From the NCBI RefSeq assembly GCF_004010195.1, contig NC_057751.1, forward strand, positions 3,906,208 through 3,955,774: a DNA stretch of 49,567 nt, given 5' to 3'. The notes under the pieces are model-generated. The model was not told the origin of the DNA. It searched no databases and saw only the letters and a list, made by a program, of their open reading frames with translations. Positions 37,340 to 49,567 of this stretch are shown here, one piece after another. Position 1 is the stretch's first letter; each line of letters starts with the position of its first letter. A program made the position numbers and the translations under genes. Origin of the DNA: Chiloscyllium plagiosum (Eukaryota).

Positions 37340-38035
37340 ATCGAGTTCAATCCAGGCAAAGCAGATGGAGCTCAATCCAGGCAAATGAGAGGTGATGCAT
37401 TTTGGGAAGTCTAATTCTACAGCAAATTATACAGTAAATGGAAGAGCCTTGGGAAAAGTTGACGAGCAGAGAGATCTGTGAGTTCAGGTCCATTATACCC
37501 TGAAGGTTGCTGCACAGGTGGATAGAGTTGTCAAGAAGGCATATGGTATGCTTGCCTTCATCAGACGGGGTATTGAGTATAAGAGCTGGAAGGTCATTTT
37601 AAAATTGTCCAAGAAATTGATTCAGCTGTATTTAGAATACTGTGTACAGTTCTGATCGCCACATTACCAAAAGGATGTGGATGCTTTGTAGAGGGTGCAG
37701 AGAAGGTTTACGAGGATATTGTCTGGTATGGAAGATGCTAGCTATGAAGAGAGGTTGAGTAGTTTAGGATTGTTTTCATTAGAAAAAAGGAGATTGAGGG
37801 AGGACCTGATTGAGGTCTACAAAATCATAAAGGGTATAGACAGTGTAGATAGAAATAAGCTTTTTCCCCAGGGTGAAGAATTCAATAACAAGAGGTCAGG
37901 CTTTCAAGGTAAGAGGTGAAAAATTTAAGGTAGACACACACAGCAAGTACTTTACAGAGGGTGGCGGGTGCCTGGAACGCGTTGCCAGCAGAGGCAGGCA
38001 CGGTAGATTCATTTAAGATTCGTCTGGTCAGATGC
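37340..38035 (+). mobile_element. CR1/HER1 LINE ORF2 3' fragment
   Basis: QRRFTRILSGMEDASYEERLSSLGLFSLEKRRLREDLIEVYKI. Confidence 0.9.
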
Positions 38036-38183
38036 TAGGATCTGCCTGGAAAAAATTGGTCTTGTGAGGTACTAAACCATTTTAATTATACAAGTGTAAT
38101 AATTACTCAGGAAATCTAGAAGCACTACACAATGCTTCATCCAGTGACAAAAATACCTCTTTATGAGCATCATTATGAGCACC

Positions 38184-38505
38184 GTGGGTGGCACGGTGGC
38201 ACAGTGGTTAGCACTGCTGCCTCACAGCGCCAGAGACCCGGGTTCAATTCCCGCCTCAGGCGACTGACTGTGTGGAGTTTGCACATTCTCCCCGTGTCTG
38301 CGTGGGTTTCCTCCGGGTGCTCCGGTTTCCTCCCACAGTCCAAAGATGTGCAGGTCAGGTGAATTGGCCATGCTAAATTGTCCGTAGTGTTAGGTAAGGG
38401 GTAAATGTAGGGGTATGGGTGGTTTGCGCTTCGGCGGGTCGGTGTGGACTTGTTGGGCCGAAGGGCCTGTTTCCACACTGTAAAGTAATCTAATCTAATC
38501 TAATC
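38184..38505 (+). mobile_element. Full-length, young HE1-type SINE
   Basis: A box tggcacagtgg, B box gggttcaattcc, V-domain-like body, LINE-derived tail gggccgaagggcctgtttccacactgt plus (TAATC)4. CpGs retained. Confidence 0.93.
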
Positions 38506-38742
38506 AAAAATTTCGTTTTTGGGTGTTTACAATAAATATCTAAGGATACAAAAATGACAAAAGCTATGGGAACTTGGCTCTCGCAGACAAAAAGTGATGA
38601 CAGTCCGAAGTTTCTGCTCTAGTATTATGTTGGTATGTATTTGAACAAGTGATGTACACCAATTTCGTGCACCAAGTTTTAATCAATAATTACTGTTCAC
38701 CTATTTACAGGTATCAGGAAGATGGATCTGAACACTGAAGGA

Positions 38743-38958
38743 CAGTCAGTTGTGATACAACACGATAGTACCATTCGTGTGTGATCTCGCATTGTAAGAA
38801 AATCACGCAATAGCTGCATTTAAACTAATGGGACCAGAATCGCATTATAGCCCACACAGGTGAGGAAAGTTCATGTGATACAAACAACAGTCTAAATTCT
38901 TCAATTGTGTTAAAACCAATTAGTGTTGAGGAAACATGCATTCTAGCAGAATTGACCG
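38743..38958. mobile_element. Putative Tc1/mariner(Tigger)-type MITE
   Basis: Degenerate TIRs cagtcagttgtgatacaac / ttctagcagaattgaccg, with TA at the right flank. Confidence 0.5.
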
Positions 38959-41900
38959 TACATATGGAGAAATTTAACTTTTAAGTGCGACATATATCTT
39001 TAAAGAGCAATATAGTTGTAAATTCAGTATCTGTCTGGCAGAGCCCCACATGTGAACCCACAAAGTGTCACACTTGCATAAGGTTAAAGAAATTTCAAAT
39101 AGAAAGACAAAACAGGAAGAATTAAGCTGAGGCCAACTCCCACACCTCCTCCCCCCTTATCCCTCTCAATCCCCATCCCCCAACTACACTGTAACCAGAG
39201 GTCTGTGCATGGTTAGTGACTCAATATGCTTGTGTGTTTATAACAGTTATTAAACTCTGATGCTGAAAGTAAAAGGTGAACTCTCGTTCTGAAGGCTGAA
39301 AGCCATGAGCCATCAAAAGGAATGAAGACAAAAGAATTTCAACCAATGTAAAAAGCCTGGAAATTTGAAACTAACCGTTCAACTATCAAAATCAATACAA
39401 TCAAATCTTTCCAAACTAACAACATTCGACAAACTGCACATACAGACTGATCACATATCGTTGTTATCATTTTTTTCCTAATCTGTGTCTTATGTCCTCT
39501 TAGTATTTCTCCTCACAGTTAGTAAATAATAAATTCATAATTTGTTAGTTCAACAAGCATTTTTAAATTCATTCCTTTCAAAACATATGTTCATTTAATT
39601 TGAGAGAAGGTTACCCACAATTGAACGGATCCTTGTCTAAATTAACCTTGCTGAGATAAACTGAAGCAGTCAAGTGAACAAAGGAGGGGAAGCAGCTCAT
39701 TATTAGTGACTCAGAATCTTAACAATCTGAAGTATCTTCTCTGGAACTGTCATAAATTGGGGAACCTTACCCAGCAATTTGTCTTAACACAGGTGACATC
39801 ACCCTTGCTACTTGTTCAAACAGTTCATGCCAGTCCCATTCCAAATTAAGCATTCAACTCCAGCAACATCATACTAAAACTGGCAACAAACAATTGCAGG
39901 AAGGCAGCACAAGATGGTGTCATTGTTCCTCACAATGGGACAGTGTCAGACCTCTGCTCAGTGCCCTCTGTTGTTGTGGTTGAGGTAGGAGTACAGGACT
40001 AGATAAGATCATGTAGACGATTATGCGAACAAACCTCCATCCCATTGAACTTTGGCCGTGGAAAAACCTGCTACAAAGATTTCCACATTTTCTAACCATA
40101 TTGTGAGCCTGTTTCAAAACAATGTTGCCAGAATAACAGAATTACATTAAAAAAAAGGGCTATTTTGGTTGTCATTCAGGTTTTGGCATACAGTGCTAAA
40201 ATAGATGATAAATCACATGATACCAGAGTATAACATCAACTTTAATTATGTTAAGAATTTGTACTGCAGTGCCATTTTGGCTTTTACCATGCCAGACTTA
40301 ATTCTTACTCTTTTTATGAACAAATTGAGGTCTTTACCATCAGTGATTACGCAGAAGTTAATATGCATCTCTCACACTTTCTCTACCCGATGGCAGTCCC
40401 TGTAGCTTTCCTCCAAGTCTTTCACAGGTTTACATTACTGAAAACAGACTTCTCACGTCACAACTTTTCTGCATAGCGCCACATACCTACTTTCCATGAT
40501 TTCTGGCCTTGACATCTGTGGCATGAACATATTTGCTGTTACATACACCAAAGCATCTTTTACATTTCATAAAACAATGATTTAAATAAGAAACTCAAAA
40601 CTGCTATAAAAATTGTATTAACAAATTGTATTCCAATTATTTTGTTTCTGAAAGATAAATGTAAACTTTAACTGTGCTTTAAAATGTTATGAATAAATTA
40701 ATTTTTGTTGACCAAGTAATATGATCTGGTTTGCCTATGAATCATCCTCACAAATTAGTACATTATGATTGGTCTTCGAATCTGGATATGCATCAGCCAT
40801 AATTTGTTTGTGCACCTGCCAGGCCCACCTTTTTAGGATTCCACAAGGCTTAATTCTCAGCAATCCAGAATCCATCAATCGTGTAATGCAGATCCTACAA
40901 AAACTTTTCATCAGCTGGAACTGCCAGTTCAGTACATTTGCAGAAGAATTTGAGAAAATTACGTTCACTGTGGATTTCAATCCTGTAATCAATCATTCAT
41001 AAGGCCACTCCATGAAAACTCAGTCTTGATTAATCGCAGAGTTAACTTCAAGATCTGGAGGATAATACTTTGCAACCAGATAGTTGAGTAGGACTTCGAT
41101 ACAGTTCTTGTAGCTTATGGTTTTACCATTCTGCAACTTCCTAATAATCAGAACCAAGAACCGAGAGAGGAAAAGCTGGTTTAAATTCATTTAGTTCTAC
41201 TTCACATGCTTTTCTTGGACCGAAAAAAAAGGTCAGTGATGATAGCTTTGGAGGATTTTACTGGTTGCATCTTGGTTAGCCGGTTTAATAAAACTGAAGA
41301 AATGGGAAGAAGTTAATATAAGAGAGTTGCATTATTGTTCCAGAATATAGTTTTGCACCATAATTTAACCACAATGTTATATGTTTTGAGGTCACTCAGC
41401 TGAAATCAACTTCATTGAAGAAGAAAACCAAATCCAATGCTTTTTTTAAACTTTTCTGCACTTTTACTTCAAGTCACTGATACATAAACATAATCAGGGT
41501 TAAGGAAACATTGTGCTTTGTTTTCTTTGTGAAGATTGTTTATGAAGTTCAAAGCAGACATCAATATAAATCTAATCCTGTTGAAATGGTGTCATGGTGC
41601 AATAGAATTTAACACTTTTTCCTTGTGGCTCGAGCTTCTTAACTATTCAGTCACTTCTCTCCAACCACCCAGAGTACCACCTGCTTCCCTCTCGAAGAAT
41701 TTTTAATTTCCATGTTCAGACATGTTACAGTACATGTCTAGAACTGATTGGATTGACTATCACTGTGCAACAAGATCTCTGGAGCTAATATACCCAGAGC
41801 ATTCGCCTGGATTTGTGAATTACTAAGCCAGTGACATTACTATTATATCACCAACTGCTTCTCAAATATTTTTTCTTAATCAAGCCTCTATGGCATACCT

Positions 41901-41959
41901 CTATGGCATGTGGGACTTGAATCTGGAAATTCTGGCCAAGAGGGCTGGACACTACCACT

Positions 41960-42295
41960 ATCATAGAATTATAGAATCCCTACAGTGTGGAAACAGGCTA
42001 TTTGGCCCAACAAGACCACACCGACCCTCCGAAGAGTTCCGAAACCAGACATATTCCAATACCCTATTACTCTACATTTCCCCTAACTGACACATCCCTG
42101 AACACTGTGGGCAATTTAGCATGGCCAATTCACCTAACTTACACACCTTTGGACTGTGGGAGGAAACCAGAGTACCCAGAGGAAACCCACACAGACATGA
42201 GGAGAATGTGCAAAGTCCACACAGTCACCCAAGGCTGGAGTCGAACCTGGGTCCCTGGCGTTGTTGGGCAGCTATTGCTAACCACTGAACCACCC
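41960..42295 (-). mobile_element. HE1-type SINE
   Basis: Reverse-complement match to 38184-38505, with an atagaat-type tail. Confidence 0.85.
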
Positions 42296-43744
42296 GCAAG
42301 ATCCTTTATTTTGGGCAGTCACATGATTAATTAACTCCCATAAGCAGGATTAACTCTTGCTGTTCTGCCAGCAGGAAGTAATACCATAACTGCAGATTTC
42401 ATTCGGTAAATAATAAATGGAGAAGATATCATTTTTTGCAGTTGGCACCAGAATACTCACTGGAAAATTCCTTATTTAACAGTATTTGATTGTGTCCATA
42501 AGAACATATGTCGGATATGCAATCAGCTCTGTCCAAGACATCTTGAGCAGGACATTGTTTATTTCAGAGCATATTACCAACAATCAACAACACAATGCAG
42601 AGACCAAGTATTTGGAAGTGAGCAAAGAAACTTGAGATTACTTGAGACTGGTGAAAATGTTGCAGAGTTTGTTGCACACGTTCAGTCATTGAACTGATGC
42701 GCGTTGAAGTCTTATTATTGTTAGCAGATGGTTTTATTGAATGGTAATTTCTTGAAAATAATGTTTGAATTAAATAAGAATTTGTTCAATACGATAACAT
42801 ATTTAAAAACAGCTCAGTCTGCTTTAAAACATGAAAGGAGCGTCAAAATTTGGTTTGAATACTGGTCGCCTGCAGATAAAACTAAATTAATTCATTATTT
42901 TGTACAAGAAGATTTATTCATTCATCATCCCTTGCACAATCAGTAATCCTAATCACTTGTTCAAATTTTAATTGCCTGACCACATATGTTCAAGAAGAAA
43001 ATCTGTTCCAAAGTTATAATTGTCAATAAGCGCGTCACCAGAGCTGTTCCACTCCCACACACCAAATCTTTATTTAATGAGGGAATTCCTGTCAAGCCTA
43101 TGAGCATACAGAGTGCTGTTTTGTGAATGCCTCAAACATCAGGGTCCTAACGAATGTGGGAATGCTGATCAATATATCGAATTTTCTTTCTCCCAGACTT
43201 AATTCTATTCATTCCATAAAACTTTCCACAGCTTGTAATTCCTCCAGCCCATCTTTACATCTCAGTCACTCTCACCGTTTTTCAGACATCCCTTGAAAAC
43301 AGCATTTCTGACTTTACATCTCCTCAGTAACTCAGTGACTAAAATCCTTAGCATGCCTTACTGCATTAAAAGCAATTGTGAAGATCAATTGCTTACTTAT
43401 AGAAAACACCAATATTTAGTTTGACAGATTAGGTGTCTGATGTACAGAGAAACTGTATTGCACACAAGCAGTTTATGTTTGCAGCCTTATTGTCATGCTC
43501 ACCACCAGTGACACAGTTCGAAAACACAAAATACCCAAAATTGAAGGTGTGTTAATGATAGGGAGATGGTCTCAGGCTATATTGGGCAGAACAATGGCAG
43601 ATGGAATTTAATCCTGCCATGTGTGAGGATAAAGCATTTTTGGAGGCATATTAAGGAAAGGACAAACTGAATAAATGCTAAATCCCTGAAGAATACTGAC
43701 AAACAAAGGGACCTTGGTGTATAAGTCCACAGATCCCTGAAGGT

Positions 43745-43883
43745 TGAGAGTGGAAAAGCAAGTAGGTCAGGCAGCGTTCCAGGAGCAGGACAATCGACGT
43801 TTCGGGCAACAGCCCTTCATCAAGAAATCCAGCACCTTACTCTTGACTCTGATCTCCAGCATCTACAGTCCTCACTTTCTCTT
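43745..43883. mobile_element. 139-bp 5'-inverted family A hammerhead element
   Basis: Perfect 14-bp TSD agatccctgaaggt (43731-43744, 43884-43897). Minus arm to ~43827, then plus arm tccagcacc...ctcactttctc. Confidence 0.9.
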
Positions 43884-44104
43884 AGATCCCTGAAGGTGTC
43901 AGCACAGGTAGATCGCGTGATGATGAAGGCATATGGGGTGCTTGCCTTCATTAAGGGCGTAGAATACAGAAGCATGGAAGTTTTGTTGCAACTTTATGAA
44001 GCATTCTTTAGGCCACAGATGAAATATTGTATGCCGTTCTGGTCGCCATACTGTTGCAAGAATGCGATTGCACTGGAGAGGGTGTACAGGAGATTCTCCA
44101 TAAT

Positions 44105-44240
44105 GGTTCTGAAGAAGAATCACTGGACCCGAAAGGTTAACTCCATTTTGTCTCCACAGCTGTTGCCTGACCTGCTGAGTTTTCCAGCAATTTCCAATTT
44201 TGTTTCTCATTTCCAGCATCTGCCGTTCTTTGGTTTTTTT
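44105..44240 (+). mobile_element. Family B hammerhead mini-element
   Basis: ggtt-CTGAAGA-agaatc-actg-gaccc-GAAA-ggtt-aact plus the family B tail; interrupts the CR1 at RRF. Confidence 0.8.
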
Positions 44241-45959
44241 TCACCCGGATATTGCCTTGGATGGAAAATTTCAGGTATGAGAAGGGTCTAGATAGGCTAG
44301 GTTTGTTTTGCCTGGTGCCTGGGGGACTGAGAGAGGATCCAATTGAGATATATGAAATTACGAGAAACACAGATAGCACAGATCATGACAAGTCTAAGAC
44401 CAAGGGGCATAAGTTTAACTTGTTTCAAAGGGATCTGAGGAATGAACACTTCTTTTCACCGAGACAGTGATAGAAATATGGAACATGCTACCTGAGAGGG
44501 TGGTGGAGCCAGGTACTCTCACAACATTGAAGGAGGATTTGGACGAGCACTTAAAATCCCAGGACATGATGGACAATGGACCAAGGTAAATTGGATTAGG
44601 ACAGTTTGGTGCATGTTGGTCAGCAGTGACGTGGTGGGCCGAATGATCTATTTCTATGCTGTATGATTTTATGACTCGAAAAAGTCGAAGGATGTCTAGC
44701 ATCTGCAGTCCTCACTTTCTCCTAGAAGAACAACAAAACCAAGATGTGGAAATCCACACACATGTACAGGACTGTACTGAAACAGAGACATTTACCAAAT
44801 GAATCCTCAGAAGATGTCCTCTGCTTATCCAAGTCAAAGAACTTTTTAAGGGGACTTTTGCTTGAAGAGATCAGGTGGGAAGAAGCACATTCCTCAACAC
44901 TGTGAAAGTTGCAGAATGGGTCGGATCCAAGATGAAGCTGTCGTTCCACGGCCAAGTTTATGTCATTGTGAACCATGTCATGTAACATTTATGATCTTCA
45001 AAAAGACAGTGACACCCAATCCAAGCTAAAGCTAAAGCTAATCCTTCCTTTAAACTAGCAACAAGTGAAACCAAGGTCCAAGTGTCTTTTCATGTTCAGA
45101 CCACAGTTCTGAATATCTGCTTTTGAGGATGGAATTAAACTCAAGCCCAGAGTTCAAATAAGACAGACATCTGCTATTGTTACCCCTCCCAATAAGAAAA
45201 CAAAAGAACATTAATACATAACAAGACTATTAGACTCCTTCACATCCAGCATAATAGTTATTTCCCCATTGTGACATTTCATTGTGTTTTGAATAAACCC
45301 AACATTGAGATTCAAGTCTCTCCAAGTATTCGTTATTCATGAACTTGGCAAATCAGCAGTTGCAAAAGCAAACCTTTATTTTCTCTGAACAAAATCTTGC
45401 AATTCAAAATAGTTAAAAGTACTCAACACAGCAGTAATGATTATCCTATTATATCAGTTACACTCAAAATTAACCATCATGAAAATGTGACTGCTCCAAA
45501 AGATGGATCATACCACAATGTCAGCTAGTACCTTTCATACTAAAACTACACTGCAGTTAATGTTGATCTTAATAATCTAATTGTGAAAGCTCAAAGCCTT
45601 TTGAGAGAAGATATTTCAACTAACCCGCTTGTGAAAAAGTGCTTCTCGATTTCAATGCTAAATAGACAAACCATAATTTCAAATTATCAATTCCCTGACC
45701 AGTTTCTCTGGACTGAAATTTTCTTTCTTTCGGTCACATTTTTAAAATTGAAATCCATGACCTGTATTAACGTTTTTCTTATGCAATCTTGCGCTCTTCA
45801 ACTGATTAAATGTGTGACAGTCTTGTAGAATTGTGCAGCAGGAAAAGCTTTGTACTATTCTTGCACTTGGTGTCAAAATTAAACCCAGCTCCACACCACA
45901 TCTGGGACTGGAAGCCAGCAAATTTCCATCACACTCAGGTGCTCCAATATTATTCCTGA

Positions 45960-46750
45960 GGCAGAGTGCTGGTGTTGGACTAGGGTGGACCAAGTTAAAA
46001 ATCACACACCAGGTTATCGTCTAACTGGTTTATTTGCAAGTACAAGCTTTCGAAGAGCTGCTCTTATGTCATGTAGCTTGTGGGGCAGGATCAGTGGTCA
46101 CAGAATTTACTGTAAAACATACAACATAGTGTCATACAACTTGAACAAACAAAGATTGCTTTTAAGTCTTTAATCACTCAGAATGGGGATGCAGGTTTTG
46201 ATTGATTAATATGTAAACCCCAGAACTTCTTTCAAGTCACAGTCCCGAGATAACTTAAGGTTTTTAAAAAAAGTGCCATCTCAACTCAGACAATGCATTA
46301 AAAGTGGAAGGTTAGAGTCTGTCTTTACTCCAATCTTGAGTTAGACTTGTTTTATTTCCAAAGTAGGAATATATAAAATGTCACATAGAGTGACTGCTTA
46401 CAGATTGTATGCTTTTTGAACAAAATAGAATATATCTGCAAATGCAAATCTGCAAATTCACCCCATAGACTTCTGTGTGTGTGTGTTTGTATGTGTGTGG
46501 GAGAGAGAGAAAAAAAGTGTGTGTGTGTCTGTGCGCTTGATAGAATGTGCATGCAAGTGTGGCCCAGTATATACCTGTTAGAGGGTGTGCGTGTGAGTTT
46601 GAGTATATATGTGTCTGAGAGAGGGTCTGTGCGAGTATGATCATGCACAAGAGTGTGTGTGTATATGTGCTTGTGTTTAAGTTGTGTGTGTTTATAGTGT
46701 CGTGGGGTCCCTTGTAGTATAACATGAACCCAAGATCCCTGTTGAGGCCA
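45960..46750 (-). mobile_element. 3' end of a further PLE family (C) with (CA)n-rich 3' UTR and degenerate hammerhead
   Basis: Minus strand starts GLNRDLGFM..Y (a typical end of a PLE GIY-YIG ORF), has a low-complexity tract at 46470-46700, then ..atgacataagagcagctcttcGAAAgcttgt. Confidence 0.7.
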
Positions 46751-47145
46751 TATAAGCTACGCAGTCTGCGCTACTGTCATCAGACACATCTCAACTCAAA
46801 AAATTCAACCAGACATATTAGGCATGACCTCTGACAAAGTCATGTTGATTACCCCTGATCAAACCTTTCCTCTCCAAATAGAGATTAATTCTCTCCCTCA
46901 GAATTTTTGTGTAAACTTTCCAAAACACTGGTCTATAGTTCCATGGTCTATCCCTCCCACTGTTCTTCAAAGGTGGAACCACATGAGATGACTGATGACT
47001 GGAAGCTCTCCCATTTCAGGACCCCTGTGATTTCCTCCCACAGCAACTCGATTAAATTAATTCAGACCTGGAGTTATGTCTACTTTGAAACCTGCTAAAA
47101 TCTCCACTACCTGCTCACTTCCAATGAGAGACTGCTCAAGATCCT

Positions 47146-47437
47146 ATTCTGGATCAGTGGTGCTGGAAGAGCACAGCAATTCAGGCAGCATTCGACGAGC
47201 AGCAAAATCGACGTTTCGGGCAAAAGCCCTTCATCAGGAATAAAGGCAGAGAGCCTGAAGCGTGGAGAGATAAGCTAGAGGAGGGTGGGGGTGGGGAGAA
47301 AGTAGCATAGAGTACAATAGGTGAGTGGGGGAGGAGATGAAGGTGATAGGTCAGGGAGGAGAGGGTGGAGTGGATAGGTGGAAAAGGAGCTAGGCAGGTC
47401 GGACAAGTCCGGACAAGTCCAGGGGACAGTGCGGAGC
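47146..47437 (-). mobile_element. Family A PLE 3' region with intact hammerhead core (47206-47241)
   Basis: Minus strand attc-CTGATGA-agggc-tttt-gccc-GAAAC-GTC-gatt, preceded by a ~190-nt pyrimidine-rich 3' UTR. Confidence 0.88.
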
Positions 47438-47439
47438 TA

Positions 47440-47945
47440 GAATCCTTACAGTACATATCTTCTTGAATTCTGGACCTCCATCCTCTTGTCCTGACCACAG
47501 ACAGATGTGAAGTACTTGTTTAACACAATACCAAGTCTGCCATCTCTATGCACACATTTCCTACTCTTTCCCTGGGCATCCTCTTCCCCATGATATACTG
47601 ACAGAATATCTTGGGATGCTCCTAAATCTTGCATGACACTGCTTTCTCATGCCTCTCTTCACTCTCCTAATTGCTTTCTTCGGTTGCGCTTGCGATATTC
47701 TACAAGGATCTCCATTGATTTACTCCTTTGTAACACTTGTTTTTCTTTTTTATCCGCTCCTAAATATTCCGAGACATCTCGGATTCTTTGGGCTTGTTGC
47801 TCTCCATTTCAGCCAAAAGGGAACATGATTGTCTTGTTCTCTCCCCAATATATTTGTCAATGTCCCCTGTGATTCTTCAGCACTCTTCTCCTCAAGCAGC
47901 TGATCCTAGTCTCCTTAGGCCAGACCCTACCTTATTATAATAAAA
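47440..47945 (-). mobile_element. Old CR1 ORF2 fragment
   Basis: VLNKYFTSV motif on the minus strand. Confidence 0.6.
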
Positions 47946-47949
47946 TCAG

Positions 47950-49280
47950 CTGGATGTAGGTTTGCTCACTGAGCTGGAGGGTTTGTTTTCAGACATACCA
48001 TCAGTGAGCCTCCAGATGAAGCACTGGTGGTATGGCCCGCTTTCTGTTTATGTGTTTAGGTTTCCATGGGTTGGGCATGCCAATTCCTGTGGTGATGTCA
48101 TTTCCTGATCTTTTTCCCAGGGGATGGTAAATAGGATCCAAGTCATTGTTGAAGTTCCAAGTTCCAGTTGAAATGCCATGCTTCTAGAAATTCTCATGCA
48201 TGTCACTGTTTGGCTTGTCCAGTCGAAGTGGTGACCTTCCTCATCTGTAAGGATACTAGTGAGAGCAGGTGATGTCTTTTTATGGCCAGTTGATGTTCAT
48301 GATGTTCATGCATTCTGGTAGCTAGTTTTCTGCCTGTTTGTCCAATATAGTGTTTGTTACAGTTCTTGCAAGGTACTTTGCAAATGACATTAGTTGTGCT
48401 AGTTGTCTGTATAAGGTCTGTATAAGCTGCTGTTTTAGTGTGTTGGTGGGTTTGTGGGCTACCATGATACCAAGAGGTCTGAGTAGTCTTTTCCGAGATG
48501 TCTTTGCTGTGTGGGAGAGTGGCTAGGGTTTGTCTGCTTATTTGGGCTTGTTGCTGAGAAATCAGCGGACTGTGTTCACTGGGGACCCGTTCTTTCCAAA
48601 TACATGATATAGATGATTTTCCTCTGCTCTGCATAGTTCTTCTGTGCTGCAGTGTGTGGTGGCTCGTTGAAATAATGTTGAAGTTCCCCATTGGCTGCTC
48701 GGTCCACTGCGAGATCTAAGAATGGCAGTTTATTGTTGTTTTCCTCCTCTTCCGTGAATTTAATGCCAGTAAGGGTATTATTGATGGTGTTGAAGGTTTT
48801 ATCTAATTTGTTTCATTTAGTGATGACAAAGGTGTGATTCACATAGCGGACCCAGTTTGGGTTGGCAGTGCTGTTTGTTTGAGTCTCTGCATTACTGCCT
48901 CTGCTAAGAGCCCTGATAGCGGAAATCTCATGTGTGTTCCTTTGGTTTGTCTGTAGGTTTTGATGTTGAAGGTGAAGTGGCTGGTAAGGCATAAGTCCAG
49001 TAACTTGACAATGTTGTCCTTGCTGAAGAAGATGGTGGCGTTTCGGATATGGGTCTTTGGTTCTTCTAATAATGTAGTCAGTGTTTCCTTGGGCAGGTTG
49101 ATGTTGATGGATGTGAACAGGGCTGTTACGTCAAAGGAGACTATTATTTCATCCTCTTCTATCTTGGCGTCTTTGATGGTCTTCAGGAATTCTCTGGTGG
49201 CGTGGATGGAGCGGCAGGATAATTCTACGAAGTGTTTTAGTCTTTGGTTTACCTTCTTAGCCAATGTGTAAGTTGGTGTT
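47950..49280 (-). mobile_element. Decayed Poseidon-like PLE (RT plus GIY-YIG), second subfamily
   Basis: VSFDVTALFTSI, YRQTKG..M..PLSG.LAE.VM, NVICKVPCKNCNKHYIGQTGRKLATRMHEH. Hammerhead stem II is deleted near 47995. Confidence 0.92.
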
Positions 49281-49369
49281 CAGTCAATTCTGTGACTTTC
49301 ACCTTGGTTATGGAGAGAGATAGGTGTGTGCAACAGGGCAGGTTTTACAACTGGGGGAAGGGTAAATAC

Positions 49370-49567
49370 GATGCTGCAAGACAGGATCTGAGGAGCATAA
49401 ATTGGGAGCACAGGCAGTCAGGGAAGGATGTCGTTGAAATGTGGAACTTTTTCAAGGATCAGATACGACATGTCCTTGATATGTATGTACCTGTCAGGCA
49501 GGAAAGAGATGGTCGTGTGAGGGAACCTTGGTTGACGAGGGAGGTTGAATGTCTTGTAAGGAGGAAG
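49370..49567 (+). mobile_element. CR1 ORF2 fragment (post-endonuclease region), runs off the window
   Basis: V.MWNFFKDQI..V.D.YVPVR...REPWLT.EV. Confidence 0.75.

Larger units (their letters stand above)
43555..44676 (+). mobile_element. CR1 LINE 3' fragment with two nested PLE mini-insertions
   Basis: AQVDRVMMKAYGVLAFI...LLQLY..RPQMKYC..FWSP...LERV.RRF and a terminal ..tatgctgtatgattttatga. Confidence 0.85.

Noticed and set aside
38184..38260. tRNA gene-like A/B boxes (also 21584 and ~28550-28617)
   Set aside because: These are SINE heads, continuous with SINE body and tail.
40735..41140. Faint resemblance of translations to known enzymes
   Set aside because: Only a few matching residues and several stops; no gene name can be supported without a search.
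46352..46725. His/Thr-rich ORFs
   Set aside because: Translation of the (CA)n-like low-complexity tract in a PLE 3' UTR.

Overview
This is vertebrate genomic DNA, not microbial. The repeat content (HE1-type SINEs with (TAATC)n tails, CR1/HER1 LINE fragments, a SacSINE1/Deu-like SINE) points to a shark or other elasmobranch. I find no intact protein-coding gene that I can recognise. The window is an intergenic or intronic patchwork of nested, decayed mobile elements: one degenerate Gypsy LTR retrotransposon (~634-4345), two related solo LTRs, many CR1 fragments, SINEs, two MITE-like DNA elements, and at least four families of Penelope-like elements (PLEs). There is a 500-N assembly gap at 22960-23459. 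The most striking signal is about 15 minimal hammerhead-ribozyme motifs (CUGANGA-stem II-GAAAC-GUH), some of them degraded, carried by PLE 3' ends. Many sit in very short (90-210 bp) non-coding insertions whose 5' end falls just upstream of the ribozyme core. Several of these have 14-16 bp target-site duplications, twin-priming-like inversions or head-to-head foldbacks. One Poseidon-like insertion appears to be built from two different subfamily templates. Family names come from recognising motifs by eye, not from database searches, and boundaries of old repeats are approximate.
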